This document shows positions 56,126 to 64,000 of a stretch of 64,000 nt of DNA, one piece after another (positions within the stretch are counted from its first letter, which is position 1; each line of letters opens with the position of its first letter). This DNA comes from an uncultured Actinomycetes bacterium. Lineage in GTDB: Bacteria > Actinomycetota > Thermoleophilia > Gaiellales > Gaiellaceae. The DNA is taken from positions 285,455-349,454 of the forward strand of contig CAWCAV010000010.1 of assembly GCA_963793655.1 (NCBI GenBank), written 5' to 3'. Below the pieces are notes generated by a model that saw only the letters and a program-made list of their open reading frames with translations, ran no database searches and was not told the origin of the DNA. Both the position numbers and the translations under genes were made by a program.

Positions 56126-56624
56126 TCAGATCTTCAGCTCTGACGTGCTTCCGACGAAGTTCGTGATCAGCCAGCGGCCGTCGATCCTCGCGACGTCGAG
56201 ATTCGCCGGCCGTGACCGCGCGACCTTCCCGGTCTCGACGTCGATGAAGTGGCACTCGAAGTGGAGCGTGCCCCGGTCGCCGTCGACCGTGACCTTGAGC
56301 TTGTAGGCGGGATGGTCGGACACCCAGTGCGTCTCGGGCTTGAACGCCGCCGACTTCAACCAGACCTGCCGGATCTGCTCCTTCCCCGTCACCGTCTTCC
56401 CGGGCCGAACGTGCCGGTCGCATTCGGTGCGAACAGGCCCACCATCTGGTCGATGTCCTTCTTCGAGATCGCCTCGTGGAAGGTCCTCTCGATCTGGCTG
56501 ATCTGCGTAGAGATCGGCCTGCTGTTGGAGCGCCTGTCGGAGGCCGAGCTCGAGCTCGAGCCTCCGCAGGCCGAGAGCGCGACAACGAGTGCCACGAGTG
56601 CGCCTCCGATCAGAGTGTCCGCAT
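56126..56624 (-). CDS. NTF2/SnoaL-like lipoprotein, frameshifted
   Basis: LSAC lipobox; FHEAISKKDID, TGKEQI, DGRWLI. Confidence 0.75.
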
Positions 56625-56761
56625 TGCAGTCCTCCTCCTTCCCCGGGTCGTCTCGGCGCCGCCGCACGTGACGATGTTCACATGTTGCGATCGCTCCGTC
56701 TAGTGTCTGGCAACCGAAGATCGAGGACCGGCGCGCGGACGCCAACCGTGCCCGCCGGTGC

Positions 56762-56780
56762 GTGCCAGGGGTGCTGGCAC
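56762..56780. promoter_or_regulatory. Inverted repeat, candidate response-regulator site
   Basis: GTGCCAG-N5-CTGGCAC upstream of the lipoprotein-kinase-cyclase operon. Confidence 0.4.
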
Positions 56781-56810
56781 ACCGTGGGCGAGTCCGGCCC
56801 GGTCGAATCC

Positions 56811-57223
56811 TCAGTGTCGGGCTGCCGCAGTAGCGGCGCACCTGCCCGGGAACTCGCGCACGTCGATCGGCTTCTCGAGATAGCCGGCGAACCGGCGGCG
56901 AGCAGCCGAGTCGCCGCCGTCGCGTAACGGCAGCGCGCTCAGCGCGACGACGGGAATGTGGCCGTTCGCTCTCCCTCCCGGAGCGCGCGCGCGACGTCCG
57001 TCCCGTCCATGTCCGGGAGGCGGAGGTCGAGCAGGATCACGTCCGGCAGGCGCTCGGTCGCGAGGGCGATCGCGGCCGGCCGCTCGCCGCCTCGAGCGTC
57101 CGGAGCCCGGCGGCGCGAAGCACGTCCCGGGCGAGCTTCCGGTTCTTCTCGTTGTCGTCGACGATGAGGACGAGCGGAGCTGCCGGGAGGCGCGGCGCCC
57201 TCGGGCTTGGAGGACGACGTCAC
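56811..57223 (-). CDS. Single-domain response regulator, frameshifted
   Basis: LIVDDNEKN, LLDLRLPDMDG, YLEKPI. Confidence 0.85.
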
Positions 57224-57238
57224 CGCCGTATCCTCGCC

Positions 57239-57903
57239 GTGCCGATCCGGATCGTGCTCGCCGAGGACCAGTACCTCGTCCGCGAGGGGCTGCGGCGCCT
57301 GCTCGAGACGCAAGACGACCTCGAGGTCGTGGCCGTGTGCGGCGACCTCGACTCGCTGCTCGCGCGGTGGACGCCGAGCGGCCCGACGTCGTCGTCACGG
57401 ACATCCGCATGCCGCCGGGGAACACGGACGAGGGGATCCAGGCCGCGACGCGGCTGCGCGAGACGAACCCCGAGGTCGGCGTCGTCGTGCTCAGCCAGTA
57501 CGCGGTCCCGAGCTACGTGCTCGCGCTCCTGGAGGGCGGGAGCGAGCGCCGCGCCTACCTCCTGAAGGAGCGGGTCAAGGATCTCGACCAGCTCGTCGCC
57601 GCGATCCACGCCGTCGCGGACGGCGGCTCGGTCTTCGACCCGAAGGTCGTCGAGGCGCTGGTGGCGGAGAACGCGCGCGGCGAGGAGTCGCCGCTCAACG
57701 AGCTGACTCCGCGCGAGCGGGACGTGCTGCGCGAGATGGCCGAGGGGAAGAACAACGCCGCGATCGCCGAGGCGCTCGTCCTGACCGAGCGGTCGGTCGA
57801 GAAGGTGATCCACTCGATCTTCCTCAAGCTCGGGCTGACGTGGGAGACGGCGGTCCACAAGCGCGTCAAGGCCGTCGTCCTCTACCTCGCGGAGAGCAAC
57901 TAG
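57239..57903 (+). CDS. NarL/LuxR family response regulator, one frameshift
   Basis: VLAED, TDIRMPP, YLLKE, LTPRERDVL HTH. Confidence 0.93.
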
Positions 57904-58594
57904 CGTCATCGCCCAGCGGGAGCGAGCGGAGACGCAATGACGGCCGCCGTGGTGCGGCGACGCGATCGTCAGCCGGCCGCCGAGGGCCTCGACACGGTCC
58001 TGCAGCCGGTCGAGATCCGCTCGACCCGACTCGGCGGCCTGAGCTCGAACGTGAGAGCGTCGTCCCCCTCGCGCACGTTGATCGTCACCCTTTCGTCGCC
58101 GCCGGCACGCGCGAGCAGGCGAGCCAGCACAGGTAGACGGTCATCGCGACCTCCGGCGGGTAGCTCGAGGCCGCGGCGACGTCGACGGTGGCGGGACGCC
58201 GGCATTCACCGCGGCCGAGCGCAGCAGCGCCGGCAAGCCCGCCGCCTCGAGGGTCGCCGGGTAGATGCGCTGCGCAAGGAGCGCCGTCTCGTCGAGCGCC
58301 TGCTGCACGTCGCGACCATCTCTTCGAGGAGCGCTGGCGCCGCGCGGGATCGGAGTCCGCCGCTAGCCCGGCGAGCTGCAAGGTGACGCGAGCGCGACCA
58401 AGTGCTGGTGGACGCCGTCGTGCAGATCACGCTCGATCGTGCGTCGGTCGGCATCCGCGGCCAGGACGAGCCGCCTGTGCGAGCGCGAGCTCCTCGAGCT
58501 CGACGCGCAGTCGATCGAGCTCCCGTTGCACGTCGACCTGCCCAGCTTCAGTTTGACCACCTCCCTAAGGCTGACTGCCAGGTAGTTGTCCGTC
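57900..58594 (-). CDS. Sensorless HisKA_3-type histidine kinase (short or degenerate), frameshifted
   Basis: RRTIERDLHDGVHQHLVAL, IYPA..GGL; poorly formed ATPase domain. Confidence 0.65.
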
Positions 58595-58957
58595 ATCGTC
58601 TACAGCGGCGTCAAGTGCCCAGCACCCCTCGTCGACGGAGGCGAAATCCACACAGTCGCGTAGACGACGGCGCCGGCGACCCGAACAACAAGCCGATCGA
58701 GGTGTCGACGTCGTGGCGTCCACGTCCGCTCGCCCTCGGCGGGCAGGTCGGCAAGGCGGACTGGCGTAATGGCGATTGAGGCGGGGGCGTTCATCGTGGT
58801 GCCGTTCAGCTGAGTTCCTCAGCGAGCCCGCGACTGTTTGAAGTCGGCTGAGTTCACTGCGTCCCGGCGATTCAGCCCGCCGAGTAGCCAGCCGCCGGAA
58901 CAGGTCCCACGTCGATCTAAGGAATCGGCGGGGTGGGGTACCCTCGAGCCGGTCGTG

Positions 58958-59130
58958 CCCTCGCGTGCGCGCACGTGCGCGCGATGGGGAGAGGTATGGC
59001 GTTCTCCCTCGCGACCGACCGCGATCAGGCCCCACACCCATCGCGATCGCGGAGGGGTGTGGGGGGCACCCTCCCGCCGCCGTTGTCCGTCGCGTGTGCG
59101 CGCGTGCACGTGGGAGAAAGACGTAGGCGC
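58958..59130 (+). repeat. Dispersed motif with 22-nt alternating purine-pyrimidine tracts, copies 2 and 3
   Basis: Tracts at 58962-58983 and 59091-59112, both starting (T)CGCGTG. Confidence 0.6.
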
Positions 59131-59300
59131 TAGGGACGACGCGCGCCGGGTCATGTCCGCGCCACAACGTCTGCGACGGTGAGCGGGGGTATGTCGATCC
59201 CGGTCTGACCTCGAATCCGAGAACCGTCGACGGGCCGCGCTCGGCGCGAGCCCGCCGCTCGGCGTCAGCGGTGGGCTCGGCCGATACGCGGCGATGCAAC

Positions 59301-59935
59301 TCAGTCGTGGATCTCGAACGGCACGACAGCGATGTTCGAGGCAACGCCGTACGCCTCGAGGTCGACCGCGTTGATGCGACCGTCGCGGTTCGCATCGGGA
59401 ACGACGGCCGGTGCGTCGTTGTAGATCCCGTCCTTGTTCTTGTCGGCCGCGACCGCGACCCGCAGCACCGAGTGGACGTTCTGCCGAAGCTCGGTGCTCC
59501 GACGATCCAGGTGTCCCAGATCTCGTTCGTCTTCTGGTTCGTGAAGCCGGTCAGGTTGAAGAGGTTGGCGAGGTTCTGGGCGTTCTTGGCGCCGACCGTG
59601 GTGGTCGAGAGGAGCACGATCAGGCCCGGAACTTCTCGTCCACGCCGGGCGCGAAGGCGCCGGGGAAGGGAGCCTGATTCTGGTGGGTCGTCGGTCCGGT
59701 CAGCTGGAAGTCGGCCCCACTCGCCGCGAGGCTCGGGTACCGGAGTGCGAGATCGACGAAGAAGCCCTTGCTCTGCTTTCCGGCGACGTCGCCCTCCCGC
59801 GGTGAGAAGACCTCGACCTGGACGCCGAGCGGCCTTCCTCGAGGCCTTCTTCGCGTTGGCCGCAGTAGCGGTCGTCGCGACAACGGCTGCGAGCGCGACA
59901 AGGGAGAGGGCGGTGAGCAGCGTTCGCTTGTACAC
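59301..59935 (-). CDS. Secreted hypothetical protein with two DxNxDG Ca-binding-like motifs, frameshifted
   Basis: Signal peptide; DKNKDG and DANRDGRIN. Confidence 0.7.
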
Positions 59936-60138
59936 GGAATCTCCTTTTCTCGTGGTTGCATTGCTCAGAACCAAGGACACCGTGAATGGGCGTCCTATTC
60001 CCGGAGAGCGCGAAGCTCTTCTCGCCACGCCCGACGGTGCGGGATCAGGGGAAGGGGCACCGTGCCGATGTCGTTCCAGGACGGCGGCCACCGAAGACGG
60101 AGGCAGCCCGTGCACTCTCGCGCGTGGTCGCTTGAGCG

Positions 60139-60507
60139 CTACGCAGCGATCGGGCGCGACGCTTCGGCCGCGATGACGGGCTCGCACGCCCGCGATACGA
60201 GATCGTCGATCGGCCTCATCGAGCGCTCTGACCGAGCGGCGCTCACGATCCTGTCGGCCGTGAAGGTCGGCAACGCATCGGCGATTGCCTGAAGGGGATC
60301 TGCGTCGCCGACGCGACCCTCGACGTGAGCTGCGGTTCGCTGCAGCTCCCCGACAAGTGCGGCCAGCCGCTTCTCCGCCCGGCCGCGAGCGGGGTCTTCG
60401 TCCGACAGCCACTGCCGGAGCCAGGAGTTCAGCACCGGCGCAACGACGAAACGTCGGCGTGCGCCGACCCTGCGGGGAACGACGACGTCGATGGCGACGA
60501 AGAGCAC
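60139..60507 (-). pseudogene. USP-like protein fragment
   Basis: VVAPVL..W.SDED..R..AEKRL, GRVGDADPLQAIADAL; ends appear degraded. Confidence 0.5.
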
Positions 60508-60715
60508 GTGGGTCTGGCGTGGTTCTTGCCGGGAGCAAGGAACCTCGTCCAGGGGGCGAGTCGCGCAGGACGGTCGATGCGGCCGCGTTGTCGAGGGTCG
60601 CGGAGTCCGTGGACGATCGTGTCTTCCCCTCGGAGCGCTTGACCCTCGTCGGTGGAGACACCGGCAGCCCGGCCGCGTATTCCTGAAGTGGCGGATCCAG
60701 CGCGGAGGTCGAGAT

Positions 60716-61672
60716 TCATGGGTTGACGACGTTGATCGGCTCGCCTGCGGCGAACGCGTTGATCTGGTCGAAGACGTCGGCGAACTGCAGATCCCACTCC
60801 TCGCGGGTGACGTAGCCGATGTGGGGCGTGCACAGGACGTTGTCCAAGTCGAGCAGCGGGTGCGACGGGTCGCGGAGCGGCTCCTCCTCGAACACGTCGA
60901 CCGCCGCCATCCCCGGCCGGCCGCTGTGCAGCGCGGCGACGAGCGCGCCCGGCTCGATCAGGCCCGCGCGGCTCGTGTTGACGAGCAGCGCGTCGGCTTC
61001 ATCCGGTCCAGATCTGCCTCGTGACGATGCCCGCGTGGCTGGCACGAGCCGCAGGTGCAGCGAGAGGACGTCGCAGTCGGCGAAGAAGACCTCTCTGCTC
61101 GCCGCCATCTCGAGTCCATCGGCGCGCGCCCGCTCGAGCGATTCCGGTCGCGCCCAGACGAGCATCCGCATGCCGAACGCCGCGCCATAGCCGGCGACGA
61201 CCTTCGCGATCCGCCCGTAGCCGTAGACGCCGAGCGTCTTGCCGATCAGCGAGTGGCCGACGCCCGCCTGCCACTCGCCCGCCTTGCAGGACGCCACCTG
61301 CTGAGGGATCTGCCGCATCGCCGCGAGCACCAGAGCCCATGTGAGCTCTGCGGTCGAGTACGACGGCGATCCGGCGTGCATGTTCGAGCAGACCGTGATG
61401 CCGAGGCGCGTGCACGCCTCCACGTCGATGTGCGGGTAGACGCTGCGCTGGCTGATCAGGCGCAGGTGTGGCAGGCGCTCGAGCAGCGGCGCGCGGAACT
61501 CGGTGCGCTCGCGGATCAGGACGAGCGCATCGAAGCCCTGCAGCCGTTCGGCGAGGCGATCGGTGTCCTGGACGTGGTCGTTGAAGACCGTCACCTCGTG
61601 GCCGTCGAGCCTTTCGAAGCACGGCAGCGTGCGCAGCGTGTCGAACCAGTCGTCGAGGATCGCGACCTTCAT
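60716..61672 (-). CDS. D-2-hydroxyacid dehydrogenase family protein
   Basis: RERT, GYGRI, VNTSR, AVDVF..EP, TPHIGY. Confidence 0.93.
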   Translation of the reverse strand: MKVAILDDWFDTLRTLPCFERLDGHEVTVFNDHVQDTDRLAERLQGFDALVLIRERTEFRAPLLERLPHLRLISQRSVYPHIDVEACTRLGITVCSNMHAGSPSYSTAELTWALVLAAMRQIPQQVASCKAGEWQAGVGHSLIGKTLGVYGYGRIAKVVAGYGAAFGMRMLVWARPESLERARADGLEMAASREVFFADCDVLSLHLRLVPATRASSRGRSGPDEADALLVNTSRAGLIEPGALVAALHSGRPGMAAVDVFEEEPLRDPSHPLLDLDNVLCTPHIGYVTREEWDLQFADVFDQINAFAAGEPINVVNP

Positions 61673-61844
61673 CGATTACTGCCCTCGCGAGCAGGGCTGT
61701 CGAGGGTAACCCACCGATGCGTTCATCGTCGTGGGACCTGGCGGAGAACACGATCGAGACTCACCTCCGTAGCATCCGCAAGTTCGAGATCCGGTCGCGC
61801 TCGTAGCTCGCTCGCGCTCTCTAGCGGTTCCCGGCAGCCCGCTT

Positions 61845-61877
61845 CTCACGGAGTTCCTCACGGGCGCTCCGTGAGGC
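61845..61877 (+). repeat. 33-bp triple CTCAC-box motif, copy 1
   Basis: CTCACGG-N5-CTCACGG-N5-CCGTGAG. Confidence 0.65.
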
Positions 61878-62193
61878 GGCCCCCGTACGCGCCCCGATCC
61901 TTCCCGAGACAGCACAGTGACCCTGCGCCCAAGGCACAAGACACAAAGGAGACTAGATGCACGTGATCCGGAAAGACGCCGTTGAGCTACTAGGAGCTTG
62001 AAGGTGATGATCACCGAGACCGTCGCCCCGATCCGACATAGCTGAAGCGGCGCCAGCATCCGGTGTGGGCGAGCGACGACTTCCACGCCTGGGGCGGCGC
62101 TGATCCAGCCGTTCGCTTCGGCGACGAGATCGAACTCGCTCGCCTGCACGGAGCGAACGAAACAAGTGGTTAACGACTCAGAAAGGAAGAACC

Positions 62194-62736
62194 ATGTACC
62201 CTCGCACAATCGGCATGCGACGGTGGGTGCTATGCGCCCTCGCCGTCACCGCCCTCGCGCTTTCCGCGTCAGCACTGGCAGCCAGCGACGGCCAAACCGG
62301 CTTCGGCTTCAATGCAAGGGACATCAGCGGCTTCCCGAATGGTGCGGCGACACTCACGGGCGGCGGGGCGTACAACCCCGTGACCGGCTTCGTCAAGTCC
62401 GCGGGTGGCTTCGGATGCACGAGCGACGTTCTTCAGGGCCCCCTTACCGGGTGTCTTACGGGCGAAGGCGTTCGCTGGGATACGGTCGAGCTCCGCAGAA
62501 GCACGACCTTCAAGTGCACCGGGGCGGCGGCGGAGCTACTGAAGACCGCAACCACCAACGAGAACACGGTTGTCCTCCTCGCAGACTTCTACCGGGCCGG
62601 TGACGGTAACGACGAATCCTTCACCGCGCAGATGATCGTCTCCGCCGACGACATTGCACCGGACATCGCCGGGATCCAGAACGTCTGGATTCAGGGTGTT
62701 GGCTGCACCTCCGCGATTACAAACTTCAGCAACTAA
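62194..62736 (+). CDS. Secreted hypothetical protein
   Basis: RBS, signal peptide ALA-A, four Cys in the mature region, intact ORF. Confidence 0.75.
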   Translation: MYPRTIGMRRWVLCALAVTALALSASALAASDGQTGFGFNARDISGFPNGAATLTGGGAYNPVTGFVKSAGGFGCTSDVLQGPLTGCLTGEGVRWDTVELRRSTTFKCTGAAAELLKTATTNENTVVLLADFYRAGDGNDESFTAQMIVSADDIAPDIAGIQNVWIQGVGCTSAITNFSN

Positions 62737-62829
62737 GGCCGCCCCAAGCTCGACGGCAGCTCGGTAGCCCCGGCCACATCGGTGGCCGGGGCAACTCCCT
62801 TGGATCAGCATCCCAACAGACCGAGCGCC

Positions 62830-63180
62830 ATCCCGGGCTACGAGAGCGATCTCAAGCAGCGCGTGCTGCCCGACCTCGGTACCAGGCGTATCTCAAGTAG
62901 CGACGTAAGACGGCTCGTCACCCGTCTCCAGGGTGAGGGGCTGGCGGCTCGCGCGTCGGAACATCATCAACATGGCGGTTATCCGCCAACCGGCACGATG
63001 AGACGGAACAACCCGTCTCGGCACCGCAAGCTGCCCGAGGCGAACGGCAAGCGCCAGCGCGTCCTCTCGGTTGCTCGAGGGGCCGCGCTCCCGAAGGCAC
63101 TTCCGGAAACGGATCGCGCGCTGTGGGCTACCGCGCTCTTCCACGCGTTCGATGCCTTCCTGGCACGCCAGGTCGGCTGA
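62830..63180 (+). pseudogene. Tyrosine integrase remnant (core-binding region)
   Basis: YESDLKQRVLPDLG, DVRRLV..L...GLA, NP, RVLS, ALWATALF; catalytic domain absent. Confidence 0.65.
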
Positions 63181-63220
63181 ACGGCCGTGCTCATATCGAT
63201 TAGCGATCGCAGGCCGCAAT

Positions 63221-63253
63221 CTCACGGGCTTTCTCACCGGTTGTCGGTGAGGC
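63221..63253 (+). repeat. 33-bp triple CTCAC-box motif, copy 2
   Basis: CTCACGG-N5-CTCACCG-N5-CGGTGAG. Confidence 0.65.
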
Positions 63254-63428
63254 AGTGGTTGCCGCGCATCTGGATCCTGGGGGAAAGGAGGCGACTTGGG
63301 CCACGAACCCCCCAACCAGCTCGGCGTCATCCAGACCGACCGCGCGCGTGGCTCTTCGCCGTGCTGTCCACGCCCATTGGATTCGAGGCATGCGCGAAAG
63401 GGACCCGGGTCTGCGGAAAAGAGGAGAG

Positions 63429-63710
63429 ATGACGTCTGCTCTCCCACGCGTCCGTGAGCTGGCCGAGCGCGCGTCGAACGGGACGCACGTGCGGCTGCTC
63501 TGGCGGCAGGGAACGAGGCAGCTGTGGGTCGAGGTGCGGGAAGCGGACGACCGGGTGCTCGCGATCCCGGTGCAGCCGGAGCGGGCGCTCGATGCTTTCC
63601 ATCACCCGTACGCCTACGCGGGCGCGCACCGTCTCCTTCGCCGAGTCGAGTCGCTCGCGTCCTGTGAGGGCGGACCGCAGGCAGCGGGGAAGGATCGCCA
63701 TGAGCAGTGA
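63429..63710 (+). CDS. Small conserved hypothetical protein
   Basis: GAGGAG RBS; RELAER..NG..V.LLW...ALDAFHHPYAY. Confidence 0.7.
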   Translation: MTSALPRVRELAERASNGTHVRLLWRQGTRQLWVEVREADDRVLAIPVQPERALDAFHHPYAYAGAHRLLRRVESLASCEGGPQAAGKDRHEQ

Positions 63711-64000
63711 CCCCTGTCCGACGGTCGCCCAGCTCGAGCACATCGCGCTGGCGACCAACGATGTCGAGCGCCTCCGCGACTTCTACCTGCAGCTCGGGGG
63801 CGTGGCCTCGGCGCCTTGCGCGGACCCCGACACCGGTCTTCGCAGCTGCGTGCTGGATTTCTGCGGCGTTCGCTGGAGTTGCTCGAGCGGCCCGGCGATG
63901 GCGAACGCCACGATGGCGATGGACAGTCGTCAGGGCTTCTGCACCTCGGCTTCGCGCTCGGATCCGCCGACGCCGTCGACGAGCTCAGCGGAGTCATCGC
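63700..64000 (+). CDS. VOC/glyoxalase family protein (3' partial, frameshifted)
   Basis: LEHIALATNDVERLRDFY, GLLHLGFALGSADAVDEL. Confidence 0.8.
   Translation, partial: MSSDPCPTVAQLEHIALATNDVERLRDFYLQLGGVASAPCADPDTGLRSCVLDFCGVRWSCSSGPAMANATMAMDSRQGFCTSASRSDPPTPSTSSAESS

Overview
High-GC actinobacterial DNA. Several small-protein families suggest Gaiellales/Thermoleophilia (inference). Many genes are split by single-base indels, most likely long-read errors, so many CDS coordinates are stitched across frames. Layout: (1) 0-11.3 kb sugar-catabolic locus (Gfo/Idh/MocA, two isomerase-like TIM barrels, MBL hydrolase, FadR, Tat-exported sugar ABC system, MetE-like core enzyme). (2) 11.3-21.4 kb corrinoid/THF methyl-transfer module (RACo, MeTHF:corrinoid methyltransferase, MetF, MetV, corrinoid protein, DUF1638, IclR, URO-D-family methyltransferase) plus a YjhG/YagF-type dehydratase. 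(3) 21.6-32.5 kb atypical thioredoxin reductase, a hidden UGSC-family selenoprotein (in-frame UGA in UxxC with an fdhF-like SECIS), an ABC transporter, two LigD/LigL-like SDRs and a second MetE-like enzyme. (4) 32.5-41.7 kb methyltransferase, oxidoreductase, putative nucleotidyltransferase toxin-antitoxin pair, dynamin-like GTPase pair, M14 peptidase. (5) 41.7-47.1 kb circularly permuted ATP-grasp/alpha-E/three-transglutaminase operon. (6) 47-64 kb accessory mosaic with small genes, a signalling cluster ending in a receiver-class III cyclase, an integrase remnant and several dispersed non-coding motifs. Best candidate for a new system: a glutathione-independent, selenoprotein-based aryl-ether (lignin-type) cleavage module next to B12-dependent demethylation. 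This is a hypothesis. No CRISPR array, rRNA or intact tRNA was seen.
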